DNA of 64,000 nt from Octopus sinensis (lineage: Eukaryota): the NCBI RefSeq assembly GCF_006345805.1, contig NC_043010.1, positions 44,392,001 to 44,456,000 on the forward strand, written 5' to 3'. This document shows, in pieces, positions 37,511-50,262 of this stretch (position 1 is the first letter of the stretch; the number at the start of each line of letters is the position of its first letter). Under the pieces are notes generated by a model that saw nothing but the letters and a program-made list of their open reading frames with translations, was not told the origin of the DNA and searched no databases. The position numbers and the translations under genes are program-made.

Positions 37511-39238
37511 TACTATCTAATGATGGAAGTGGAACAAATAACCATTCGGCAGAATTCATGATCAGATTGCGAATCTAGAACTTGTGGTACCAAAAAGTAT
37601 ATAGCTTACCAACTCACTTGAATTCTTTTAAATTTGCACAAACTTGGATAAAATAACAAATTTTAAGAAAGTAACAAAAGTAACACAATGATAGAAAATA
37701 CAAAAGAATAAAAGTGCAGCATGCAAAAAGGCAAAGTGTGCTAAGTATTTCAGATTGCAGATTTCCCCTGTTTTTGTACAATTTTATATTTACTATCCTG
37801 TTTCCACTTGATACTTATAACATCCCCTCTTACCTATAAAATCAAATCACTAGTCATATCCACCTGTCTATATATTTTTTCTTTCATCAACATACTGCCA
37901 TTTGAAGTCCATTTAGAAGCTACTATCCACCATTATTTGATTTACTCTTTTATAAAGAGGACATCTTAGGATTACTTTGCATGGAATTTGAAGTAAAATT
38001 ATAATAGTCAAGTTAACTATCGTATGTATATATATATATAAAACACATATATTCTTAAAAATTTTGTTTTAGATCGCTAATTTTTTTAATGGCTGACTGT
38101 AAGGTTGCACCTTTCTCTAAGTGAAAAACTACCCAAGAAATTTCTAAAAGTCTGTTGAACTACTTCAAGCTAAAAAACAAAAAAACAAACAAAAACCCCC
38201 AGATATAGTTAAGCTAATAAATATTTGACTCCATCATAAAAATAATGCTATCAAAAGGCCCATATTTTGATATTACTAGACCGATTTCCCTGATTCATCA
38301 TTATCCTATTTTTCCTTCTAGTGTAGTGTATCTAAAACTATATTATCCAATACATCATTTTTTATGATAGTTGGATGTGATTTAAAGGCGTATTTGCTGA
38401 TATTTCTAGCTGGCCAAGTGGTCATATATACAAGCTTCTTCATTTCCTAACACAGTTCAGTTTTTGTTTATTTTGTACTAATAAGTAATTTGAGTGTAAT
38501 GTAATGATGATCCTACATTTTTAAAGTAATTATCAAACTAATCAAAAGGAAATTATCTTTCCCTTCTTTTACTCTAGATTGCCATTTGTATGGATCTAGC
38601 TTGAAGCAACTGATTTATCATTATTTATGAGTAGAATCCAGAACTAGAGAACTATTTTTTAAAAAATTTCATTTAAATCATTTTAAAATGTCTTATTTTG
38701 TTTGAAATTTAAAACTGCCTATATTGGATCTTTTTTTTCTTTTACTATTTGTCCCTTGTAGCATCATAACCATAATTACCAGCACCTTCACCACTAATCC
38801 ACTCAGACTAAAACATTTCCATGCTTATATTAGTGAAAATTCAATTTCATTAATGAAATCATTTAAAGAAACCAAACTTACAAACATCTAGTATAATTCC
38901 AGGTAAATACCAAGGCCAGGAGTTAAACAATAAGGAAGTCAATACTGCAACTGTTTCTAGTAAAAACCAACACCAGTGGTCAGATTTAGAAATGGTCAGA
39001 TGAAATGGAAAGTCAAGCTTACTGATAAACTCAGTGATGCACCAACAGAAGCAGAGGTCAAACCAGGGAGAAGCCAAACTTGCAGGCAATATGCCACACA
39101 CCAAAATCAGAATAAGATGGATGAAGTTGAATGCAAATGAATGAATATCATATGGCAACTGAATGGCAATGAATGAACAGAATCTGATGGTTAAAGCAAA
39201 AGAATTATTCAAAGCAGTCATTCTTAAGCTATACTAAC

Positions 39239-42200
39239 CATCAGGGAGAAGAAACACCTTCTCTGTTGTACCATCATCAACAGATTGATTGGCTGTCTTC
39301 ATAGAGGTGAGCTTAGTGCTGGGCTCAGTCTCTTCAGTGGGGGTCTTGCCATGAAGCATATTGTGTTCGTCCCTGCATTCAACCCTGTCTGAGTCCTGGG
39401 ATGGTGACTGTGATGACTCACTTCCTGGAAATCCACTGACGCTGTCATCGGATGTGGAAGTCCTAGTAAATGAAGGACTACTATCTTCCACATTGATGCT
39501 GTCTAAAGGAATTCTGGGGGCAGGTTTGAAAGAGTCTATGCTTTGCTTCTGCTTTTCCTTTGCTGTGCTTTTTCCTGTGCTATGTGGACGTTGAAGTGGA
39601 GCACTATTAAGGACAGGAGGACAGACTGCAGAAGGGCCAAGTATTGCACTAACTAAACGTTGTGATCCAATAATTAATGATGCAAAAACAGATTCACTGT
39701 CATCATTGAAATAACCTTCAAGAGCAGATGGATCTTTGTTAATCAGGTTAGAAGAATCATTATCAGCTTTCTCTACAAAGTCTAGCATTTTATTCTTAGC
39801 AGAACTAGCTAATTCATTAGACTGAGGTTTTTCAAGCTGTTTAGGAAGCTTAAATTCTTGATTAATATCTGAAAGAGGATGATTTAAATCTTCAATTGGC
39901 ACTAATTTTTCATTTGTTTCACCTAAACTTTGAGATTCTTTTTGATACTTTGTATCTTTCTCAGAGGGACATTGAACAGCTGGAATTTGACAAGGACTTT
40001 GGTCTGTTTTACTGGTTTCATTTTCACCATGAGGCAAATGAAATGCACTTTCTGAAGTATCAAAGCCAACCGATGGCTTCTGATTTTCAGAATTTTCTGT
40101 CATTACTTTTTCTAACAAAGATTCTCCAGTAGCCGCTTGATCTGGTTTTCCCAGGGTTTCCGACAACTTTTCAACTATATCTGAAGAGATACTATCACTA
40201 GATTTGTTAACATTGTTAAAATTTTCTACACCAAATGTGTCATTTAAAGATGCTAAAGCACTACTTTTATTAGTTAGGTTTTCAAAGTTGGCAGAAAGAA
40301 CTTCTTTAGTGTTATCAAAAGTTTCAAACTCCTCATCAGAATCAAAAGGAGATTTATTCTTTAAAGTGACATCATCATCAGTCTCTATTACATTGTCAAA
40401 GTTATTTAAATCGTCAACTTCGACACTCCCACCTAACCCTGTATTTTCGTTTACATATTCAGGTGACTGTTCATTAGGCTTGAGTTCTTTATTTTCAGCT
40501 ACTGAAAAATCTTCAGTAGTAGGGATGTCATTATTCTGTAACAACTCATCATTTTGAGAAACTTCTTCAAGATTTAAATCATGAAAAGGTTCTTTAAAAG
40601 CACTTTTATTACATTTTCTGTCATCTCTTACAGTATTTGAAATATTGGCACCAGATGATAGAACATCATCATTCAGCTCATTAGTTAAAGAGTCAGTCTC
40701 ATTTTCTTCAGTTTGTGCATCAACTAAGGAATCAGTGCTTGTTGATATTTTCTGAGTCTTCTCTGAATAATCTTTCTCAACTTGAGATTTTAAAAGTATG
40801 TTATCATTTATAGCTAAAGGATCTCTATCATCTTTAATATCTTCATCAAAATTAGAATAGGCCCTGTCATTGACCTGCATTTCAACTGGAGATTCCAGAA
40901 GAGTATCTTTATTTTCAACTAAGGGCTCTTTATCATTTGTAAGATCTTCAGTCAAATTACTAGGGTCACTGTTTGCCAAATTTTTATCAATTTGAGATTC
41001 CAAGAGGGTACATCTATCACCTTCAACTAAGTGCTTTTTATCAAATGTAAGATCATCAGTTAAATTACTAGGGTCACTATCTGCCAAATTTTCATCGATT
41101 TGTGCTTCCAAAAGGGTACTTTTATCACCTTCAACTAAGGGTTTTTTATCAAATGTAAGATCTTCATTTAAATTACTAGGGTCATTGTTTGCCAAATTTT
41201 CATCAATTTGAGATTCCAAAAGGGTACTTTTATCACCTTCAACTAAGGGTGTTTTATCAAATGCAAGATCATTTAGATTATTAGGGTCACTGTTTGCCAA
41301 ATTTTCATCAATTTGAGATTCCAAAAGGGTACCTTTATCACCTTCAACTAAGGGTTCTTCCTCATCTGTAATATCTCCAATAAAATCATTTGGGCCACTA
41401 TCTGCCAAATTTTCATCAATTTGAGATTCCAAAAGAGTACCTTTATCACCTTCAACTAAGGGTTCTTCCTCATCTGTAATATCTCCAATAAAATCATTTG
41501 GGCCACTATCTGCCAAATTTTCATCAATTTGAGATTCCAAAATGGTACTTTTATCACCTTCAACTAAGGGTTCTTCATCACCTGTAATATCTTCGGTCAA
41601 ATTATTAGGGGCACTATCTACCAAATTTTCATTAATTTGAGATCCCAAAATGGTATCTTTACCACCTGTAATACCATCAGTCAAATTACTAGGAGCACTA
41701 TCGGCCAAATTTTCATTAATCTGAGATTCCGAAAGGATATTTTTATCACTTTCAACTAAGGGTTCTTTATTACTTATAAGATCATCAGTCAAATTACTAG
41801 GGACACTGCTTGCCAAATTTTCATCAATTTGAGATTCCAAAAGAGTACCTTTATCACCTTCAATTAAGGGTTCTTTATCAACTGTAAGATCATCAGTTAA
41901 ATTATTGGGGACACTGTTTGCCAAATTTTCATTAATTTGTGCTTCCAAAAGGGTACCTTTATCACCTTCAACTAAGGGTTCTTCATCACCAGTAATGTCT
42001 TCAGTAAAATTACTAGGGTCACTTTTTGGCAAATTTTCATCAATTTGAGATTCCAAAAGGGTACTTTTATCATCTTCAATTAAAGGTTCTTTATCAACTG
42101 TAAGATCACCAGATAGATTATTAGCGACACTGTTTGCCAAATTTGCATTAATTAGAGATTCCAAAAGGGTGTCTTCATCACCTTTAACTAAGGGATGTTT

Positions 42201-45190
42201 ATCACCAATAATATCCTCACTAAAATTACTAGTGGCACTGTTTACCAAGCTTTCATCAATTTGAGATTTATCACCATTATCATCTCCAACTAAGGGTTCT
42301 TTAAAACCACCAACTAAGGATTCTTCATCACCTGTAATATCTTGAGTCAAATCACTAGGGGCACGGTTTGCTAAATTTTTATCAATCTGAGATTCCAAAA
42401 GAATGTCTTTATCACCTTTAATTAAGGGTTCTTTATCACTTTCAACTAAGAGTTCTTGTTTATCACCCGTAATATCTTCAATCAAATTATCAGGGTTACT
42501 GTTTGCCAAATTTTCATCAATCTGAGATTCTAAAAGAGAACCTCCATTACAAGCAATTGAAGGTTCTTCAGTTGATTCTCTGAGTTCATTTGAATTCATT
42601 TGACTTCCTGAAATGACACTCTTATTAGTAGCAACTAAGGAGTTTTCAGCATCTGCATTATTTTCTGTACATTTAAGAACATTTTCGGTCAATTGTTTGT
42701 CAATTTGAGACCCTAAAATATTATCTTCTGTTAGTTGCAATTTATCAGAGATATATTCACTAAAATTACTTTGTTCATGTTTTTCTGATTCAATATCTTC
42801 CACTTCATTTTCCTTGGAAGCTGCACTAGAGCAATTCCCACTGTTCTTTAAAGTAGTCAAGTTATCCTTAACTTCAACATCTGCAAACTCATCATACTCA
42901 TCATTCAATCTGCTCTGATCACCCTGTGTGCTAGAATAAATATTTTCCACATTATCTTTTCCCATTAAATTTGTGTTGTTACTATGGCCATTTAAATTTA
43001 TTTTAGGGTCTGTTTTCTCAGACTCACTCATTTTCAAAGCTAAATCTATATCTTTATAATCTCTATCAGTACTTAGCTCTTTTCTATTAGTATCTATTGA
43101 CAGACCATTTAATTCTTCAAGAATTTTAGAATTTAAATCATTGTCTTCTAAGCTAAATTCAGGAATATTCCCAGTATCGTAATCTAGAGGGGGATTTTCC
43201 TTTGTAGCTCCCAAATTTTCCTTTTCTGAAACAGTGCCCTGACCATCTTTTAATTTATCTTCTAAAGCTAGATCAGTGTCTTTTATGCTTGTTTCTGTAT
43301 ATAATTCTTTGGTAACATTTTTGTCTGATTCTTCCTTGACTGCCAAGGAAATACGACCATTCCCAAAATCATTGTCAGAATGAAGTTTCTCACCATTTTC
43401 AGAAGAATAAGTATTGCCTTTTATAATCATTGCTTCAGCTTGGAGATCTTCATCGAAACAAGTTTCATCCTTTGGGGAAGTTGCCAAATTTGTGAGGTCA
43501 CAGTTGTCACTAGGGCTGAGAGGTAAAGAATCCATACCTTCTTCACTTCTTAAATCATCCCCTTTACCAAGATCTTCATAGCATGATGTCACAATACTTT
43601 CCCCAATACCACTGTCTTCACATAAATTTGGACTTGAAGTTATTGAATCAGATGTCATTTCATTTTCTAGCTTTTCAAACTTTCCAAGCATAAGTAACTC
43701 TTTGTCCTTTTGTGTGGACAATTCTTCATTATCATCAAGGATCTTATGACTGTCATCTTTATTGATACATAAAGATGCATCATAAGGTTCCATATGCTTA
43801 TCTTCCATGTCTATTCCAGATTCAGAAAGTGATAATTTATTCAAATTAATGTCTTTTGATGAGGAATCAATGACATTTGGTAAATTATTTCCATTCTCTT
43901 TAGAGTTCTTGTCCATTTCAATTGAATCCAACATGGCATCAGGATCATCAATTTCACATTGTTCTGGATGATCGATATTCTTAGAAACATTTAAGTTTTC
44001 ACTATTCTTTGCCTCCAAATTTTCTTTGTAATCAAACTTCTTTTCAGGCAATTCATCATCAAATTGCATGAGTTCATCTTCATTGGATAAAGCATCTGTA
44101 AATTCAAGATCCTCATCATCTTCATCATCATCATCATCATCATCATTTCTCATCACCACATTGGAAACATCTAAAACTTCACTGGCATTAAGGCCAGTAT
44201 GTTTAATATTGTCTTCTGACATCTTTGAATAACTGGTATCTGTAGGAAATTCTGATTCACGCTTTAAGCCAACTTCTTCCAAACTACTTGAACAGTTATC
44301 AAAATTTTTCATATCTACCTCATTTTCCTGAAAATCATTTTCAAAAATTGCATTAGAAAACTCATTGGAATTATCAACCATTTCATCAGTGATAAACTCT
44401 TTCTGGTTGTTCAAGTCATCTGGCATCAAGTTCTGACCTTCATTTTCAAAGAAATCATCACTAACTGCTGTATTACCATTTTTCTCCACATTAGAAACAT
44501 CTAAAACTTCACTGGCATTTAGGCCAGCATGTTTAATATTGTCTTCTGGCATCTTTGAATAACTTGTATCTGTAGAAAACTCTGACTCATGCTTTAAGCC
44601 AACTTCTTCCAAACCACTTGAACAGTTATCGAAATTTTTCATATCTACTTCACTGTCTTGAAGATCATTATCAACTATTGAATGAGAAAACTCATTGGAA
44701 TTATCCACCATTTTATCAGTGATAAACTCTTTCTGGTTGTTCAAGTCATCTTTCTGGTTGCTCAAGTCATCTTTCGGCTCTTCTTCATTTTCATAGAACT
44801 CACTCACTGCTGTATTACCATTTTCTTCAATATTTCGGTCATTAGATTGATTGGGAGAATAGCCAAGATTATTAGTCTTTGATAGAAATGGATCAGAATT
44901 ATCCATTAAATCTTGTTTGTTAAACTTAGGTGCAAGTGGTGGAGAACAGGCAATTTTAGTTTTTGTTTCAAAGGGGTTTATATTTAGGTTACCATCTGAG
45001 TTGGGAGGAGAGCCTCCTAGTTTGTCTCGAGAAACAAATGGGTTCATCTCGTCCAAAAAGTCCAAATTATATTGCCCTCTTGGTAAAATAGGAGAATCAT
45101 TCTCTTCAGGTGGTTTTGGTTTCTTCACAACTTTTTTCTTTTTCTTAGTTTGTTGAATAGACTTCTTGGAAATCATTTTATATTTTCTGT
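39239..45190 (-). CDS. TACC: Giant internal coding exon (5,952 nt, 1,984 codons, phase 1-1) of a probable TACC-family (transforming acidic coiled-coil) gene; acidic, low-complexity, repeat-rich
   Basis: Stop-free ORF of 1980 aa. Acceptor ttttttgtttttttctttttacag| at 45191 and donor GATG|gttagt at 39238. The N-terminal KKKKKVVKKPKPP followed by LPRGQYNLDFLDEMNPFVSRDKLGGSPP, NINPFETKTKIACSPP and DPFLSKTNNLGYSP resembles the KGxYxFDxD..NFNPF..SP repeats of TACC proteins. The exon itself is very likely real; the TACC identity rests on motif recall only (about 0.6) because the coiled-coil domain is not in the window. Confidence 0.8.
40800..42545 (-). repeat. Coding tandem array of about 15-16 copies of a 108-bp (36-aa) unit, consensus ESQIDENLANSDPSNLTEDITGDEEPLVEGDKGTLL
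   Basis: Read directly from the translation; the 108-bp period was checked at 41341 versus 41449. Confidence 0.95.
44160..44831 (-). repeat. Coding tandem duplication with a 330-bp (110-aa) period inside the giant exon
   Basis: NGNTAVS...KEFITD.MVDNSNEFS...MKNFDNCSS.LEEVGLK.ESEF.TDTSYSKM.EDNIKH.GLNASEVLDVSNV occurs twice; matching starts at 44161 and 44491. Confidence 0.95.
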
Positions 45191-45377
45191 CTGTAAAAAG
45201 AAAAAAACAAAAAAATGTTGAGATTATATTTCAAAAATATGTTTGAAAATAGAAATTACTGCAAATAGGTGGGGGGGGGGGGGTGTAAAGTGTGTGTGCA
45301 AAAAGTTATCTACTCTTTTTCTGTAACTTGTACTAATGTTACTACATAAAAAGCACACAATGGATGTATCTTTTACT

Positions 45378-45738
45378 GATCATTAGACTGTGGCCATACT
45401 GGGGCACCACTTTGAAGAATTTTAGTCAAATGAATCAACCCCAGTATCTTTCTTTTTTTTTTTAAAGCCTGGTACTTATTCTATTGTTGTCTTTTGCCAG
45501 ATCACTTAATTATAGGGATATAAACACACCAACAACAGTTGTCAAGCAGAGGTGGGGTACAAACACAAACACACACACTCAACAGGCTTCTTTTACTTTC
45601 CATCAACTAAACCCATTCACAAAGCTTCGGTTGACCTGAGGCTATAGTAGAAGACACTTGAGGTACTATGCAGTGGAACTGAACCTGGAACCAAGTGATT
45701 GGGAAGTAAACTTCATACCACACAGCCATGCCTGTGCA
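45378..45738 (-). mobile_element. SINE family A, about 190 nt upstream of the giant-exon acceptor
   Basis: Collinear with the other family A copies. Confidence 0.85.
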
Positions 45739-45994
45739 TATGTTTCTGACTGAGATGTAATATTCTGTGAATAATGAATCCAGAAAACTGAGTGAGTTTC
45801 AAGAGCTAAAAAGAGCTCTACCAATTTCATTCAATCTCTTGCAATGCATCTATTTCACACCTGATCCTGACTCATCTGTGACGTCTAAGGTATCATGTGA
45901 CTGAAATCATTAACTTAAGTTCTTAATCTGAAATCTCCCAAATAGTTCACATATACCTCTACTGCAACAGTAGAGATGAAGAATATGACATACA

Positions 45995-46120
45995 TATGGA
46001 AGAGCATTGTAAAAAATGAAGGAGAGTATATTTTAGATTAAAAAAGAACTTTGTTCATCTTAATTTTGAAAATTAAAAGTAGCATAAAAAAACTGCATTA
46101 CTTATGAGCTGACCCAATAC
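45995..46120 (+). mobile_element. Mariner right-end fragment, same family as 10625-11131
   Basis: atggaagagcattgtaaaaaatgaaggagagtatattttagattaa...ctgcattacttatgagctgacccaata matches 11010-11131. Confidence 0.85.
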
Positions 46121-46439
46121 TTACACCAAGTGTAAAAACATCTCCTGGTCAGTTCAGTCCAACAAAAACCTAGGCTATTACATAACACGTACACCATACA
46201 TCTCAGAACTAGTCTCTATTCTTGTCAGACTCTTTGATATATTTCTCTCTCTACAGAGATCTATTCCATTAATAAATGAGAAGCTTCAAAACTGTTTCAT
46301 CAAACTTCACTTGCCAACTATTAACCCATTTTGGACACAACATGTATATTATTTGTAACAGATACACACATCTTATACAACTCATGGTTCAATAAGCCAC
46401 TGTAAACAGAAATAACACTATGTCATTCCAGCCATGCCA

Positions 46440-47470
46440 TCTAAAAGTGATGGAAATTATTGTTATGAGACATCTTTTTATTCTTCCCTCAAAGGCTACT
46501 AATATGGCACTCATTTCCCTATTCCTCCTCAATGACCATTAATATGGTTTCTGTAAAGCCAAATCTACTGAGACTTGTGCTTTTATGTTACTCACCAGTC
46601 ATCCCTTCTTTGGAAAAAATTGCTGAGAAGAATATTATCAAGTATGATAATATTCTCCTCAGCAAAGAAGAATATTATCAAGAAAGCATTTGGCTGTTTT
46701 TGGCATGAGTATCTCTGGCTAAGTTACCTCATCTTTTATGCCAGAAGCTTCTTGTCAAATTAAGTTATCACATCATGTTCTAGTGGGATTCTCTATGATT
46801 CCCATCTTATCATCTTGAGTGTTTCAAAGGTTTGGCTACATCTTGCACTCTTTTCTTTCTCTAAAACAATAAAATACTTTCTATCACCTTGAACAACAGC
46901 CAATTCTAGGCAAATGACACCACTCTTTCTTATCCCAGACCTTCTGCTCCTAGGTATCATCTACAAACAACCTAAACACCTCATATTAAATCTGCCCTGT
47001 CTTATGGATACAGATTATGGGAACCTTCTGCAAATGGCAATGCATCAATCTTCTTGCCTTCAATCACTGATGATCTTATTGGCAATCTCTCATTTATAGT
47101 AGAGCAAAAACTGCATCCTAAAGATTAGCTTTTCTCTTCAAAGCCAGGAACATTTGCTGACTATCTTTAATGCTCAATATGCAGCTATTACACATACAAA
47201 TCTCTGAGATCACAGCTAAAAGGAAGCCAACAAACTAGTAAGGAGTCACTTGTCAAGACACTTCCTGCCTTTTCTATCACTACTACAACAGCTTCTGCTC
47301 CTTAGAGACAGCTACTTTCAAACAAGCTCATCCAATACACTCATCTCTCATACTATCCACTCCTCAACCCACCAATATTCTCTATTTCTTCCCTAAAACA
47401 TCAACCCACTGAAATTCCCTTCCATACACCTTTTTCTGCAGTTGTTAACTTACAGTTGTTCAGACTGAAC
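46440..47470 (+). mobile_element. Old CR1/Jockey-type LINE RT region, same family as 33.5-35.6 kb
   Basis: NDH*YGFCKAKST, IIKKAFGCFWH (similar to ISKAFDRVWH), SFLSN, F*ANDTTL (similar to YADDSTL), KLAFLFKAR, FYHYYNSFCS, FFPKTS..*NSLP. Confidence 0.7.
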
Positions 47471-48949
47471 ATCTCATGTTCAAAATCCACTAGTTTCAGA
47501 GAGTCTTAGGTTAGACTAAATTATAAAAACTATAAAAATGTCTGTCACCCAAGGCCATCTCCTCCATACTAATGGAAGGAGACACTTTGTGTCCCTTTAC
47601 AAGAGTAGGTATTGCTACTTATACAGCATTAGAGCATTATGAGAGAACTCATGAAAAGGAATCATAGATTGCCAAGCTAAATGATTTACTTTACACATCC
47701 ATCACAGTGATTGCATCAACTAATGTTGATACCACATCATCTCAAAATACTAAAACAACAAAACAAAATGTCATAACAAAAATAGAAAATGTAATATCCA
47801 TGCTCAAAGACAACTTCTACTCAACCTGACCACCCCAACTGAAAACAAAATACAGTAGTATATTGTTGAAGAGCTAGTACTTAATTTCAGTTTCTATACA
47901 TGAAATAGGTGAAAAATCTACCCTTATGTTACCTGAGATGACTGATATCAGTCATCTTAGGTAACCCTACAGATAATCTTCATCACCACCCCTCATCAGT
48001 TTCCTGTAGTTAGCAAACTCAAGAGTATAGAATTATGTGAACTGTTCAAATATGCAGTGAAATAGCTGTGACTGGTAGACCAAAACCATATACACTAGAT
48101 TGTCTCACTTCTATTTTGGTTGATAGATCAGCTCCTAATCTACTTGACCAGATACAACAACCATTTTCATCCATCTGGTAAATATTTTGCTACTTCATAC
48201 ATAGAATATTGAGACAGTCTAGAAAAACATAGAAACAAAACTAAGACAAAGGGCAGAATGCCAATTAACAGATTTCATTTCAGTTTACTTTCGTGATTCC
48301 AGTAAAAATAGCAATCTCAGTAAAATTAAACCCAATGAGCTGATTGGAAGTCTAGCAAGAGTGGAAAAATTGGTTTCACAGATAGTTTAGCATCATTAGA
48401 ATGGTATATATGCTGTTAAGTTGTACCTATTCAGTGCAGAGAAATCAAAACTTCAACACAAGAGCTGGGCCAAGGTTCCAAGAAAAGAAATGGCAAAATG
48501 CCAAAAACTAGCAGCAACAACTGGTAAGAACTTATAAACTAGCTAAAACATAGAGCTTTTATCTTCATGTTTATGCAATTTAGCTACGCACAAACAGCAG
48601 ATATACACAAATCATCATTATCATCATCAACCAGATAATATCTGGTTTAATTTTCATCATCTTGTGAGTTGTCTAGGCCATACATACACAAACACATACT
48701 AACATCTGCATGACATTCAAAAGAACAGTTATACTATGGACCATTATGTTTTATAATATTAATTGCTAGTAGGGACACAATATATCGTTTAGGAAATATA
48801 ATATACTACCAAGTATATTAAAGTTTTATAAGTTAATATTGTGTCCTACTTTTTTTAAGTGTATCTCTATGGATTTTCTACGGAATTTAGACTCAGCATT
48901 GAAAGTTATAAAATTTTGTATACAAATATATCTATGTAAACAATGCAAT

Positions 48950-49200
48950 CATCATCATTTAACATCTTCCTTCTATGATGGCATAGGTCGGACAGTTTGA
49001 CAGGAGCTGTACCATGCTTCTGTGTCTGTTTTGGTATGGTCTTTATGGCTGGATGCCTTTTCTAACACCAACCATTCCGCAGAGAGTGCAAGGTCAGTTT
49101 TGGCATGATTTTTACAGGTAGATGTCTTTCCAAATACCAACCCCTTTACAGTGTACACTGGGTACTTTTTAAGTAGCACCTGCACTGACAAGGTCACCAA
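48950..49200 (-). mobile_element. RTE 3'-UTR-type short element
   Basis: (CAT)n tail, gctggatgccttttctaacaccaaccatt and gggtactttt. Confidence 0.7.
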
Positions 49201-49304
49201 GTAACTTTGTGAGACGATGAATCTTTGAGAGGGGAGGGGGCATTGGAGGAGGTGATCTTGTGTCAGATGATGAAAGGTTAGAGTGTGACAGAGTGAGAGA
49301 AACA

Positions 49305-49640
49305 GATTTCTTGCTGTAGAGGAGGTACATGGTTACCCAGTCAAAGAGAAGGAAAGAGAGAGGAAGAAAGGAGAGAAAGAGAGGAGAGTTAACAAGAATG
49401 AGGAGGGCAGAAACAGGTGTGCTGCTGAAGAGGAGGGACATGGTTACCTAGAGAGAGAAGATGAGTTAACAAGAAAGAGCTGTGCTGCAGTAAAGGAGAT
49501 ATATGGTTACCCAGTCAGAGATAAGAGCAAGAGGAGGAGAGAGGGAGATTGATCAGGTTTGTTGCTGTAGAGGAGATATATGATTCCTCAGCCAGAAGGA
49601 AGAGCAAGAGAAAGAGAGACAAGAGCAGGAGAGGAATGGC
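49305..49640 (+). repeat. Four degenerate gctgtagaggag.tacatggttacccagtca units in a purine-rich tract
   Basis: Units lie at about 49314, 49425, 49485 and 49563. Confidence 0.65.
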
Positions 49641-50034
49641 AGCAAGTGCCAGGGTATGCTCACAAGGCGGGCAAAAATGGGATGGTAGAGTAAGGAAGTG
49701 AGAGCTGATGGTGGCAGGTGCTGGCAGGGTATTGCCAAGAAGTTGCAAGTACGGAGTGGGGGTGGGGAATGCTGTAACTAGTGAGAATCTGGGTATATAG
49801 AGGGGGAGGGAATAGGGGGAAGCAACAATACAATGATCAGGGTAGTGAGGACTGGATTAGGGAGTGGGAGATTAATTATAGTGTATGAAGAGGAAATGTG
49901 AGGAAGGGAAGAGAAACAGTTTGGGAAAGGGAGATGTAGTTTGGTTTGTTGGGGTAAGGTGTGTGAAAATGTTATTGTTATGTGTGGGTGGAACACAACA
50001 CTTCTAGAACTCAGGTGCACTGATGTGGAGGGGT

Positions 50035-50262
50035 CTTGTACATATATGAGTGTGTCTGTGTTTGTCATCCCACCACCACTTGACAACCACTGTTAGTTTG
50101 TTTACATCCCTGTAACTTAACAGTTTAGCAAAAGAGACCCATAGAACAAGTAGCAGACTTTAAAAAAAAAAATGTCCTGGCATCAGTTTGCTTGACTAAA
50201 CTCTTCAGGCCACTACTCCAGCATGGCTGTAGTCCAATGACTAAAACAAGCAGAAGATAAAA
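50035..50262 (+). mobile_element. SINE family A, 3' half
   Basis: tgtgtttgtcatcccaccaccacttgacaacc...cagcatggctgtagtccaatgactaaaacaag. Confidence 0.75.

Noticed and set aside
38859-39221. 120-aa hydrophobic ORF after the giant exon
   Set aside because: It is separated from the exon by an in-frame stop and has no recognisable motif. The region is kept only as a non-coding curiosity.
40800-42545. Regular repeat array superficially like CRISPR
   Set aside because: It is a contiguous in-frame coding repeat with no unique spacers, in a eukaryotic gene.
48435-48523. Plus-strand exon-like segment with ag/gtaaga boundaries and two open frames
   Set aside because: It is isolated, with no partner exons or recognisable product; chance splice-like sites are common in 64 kb.
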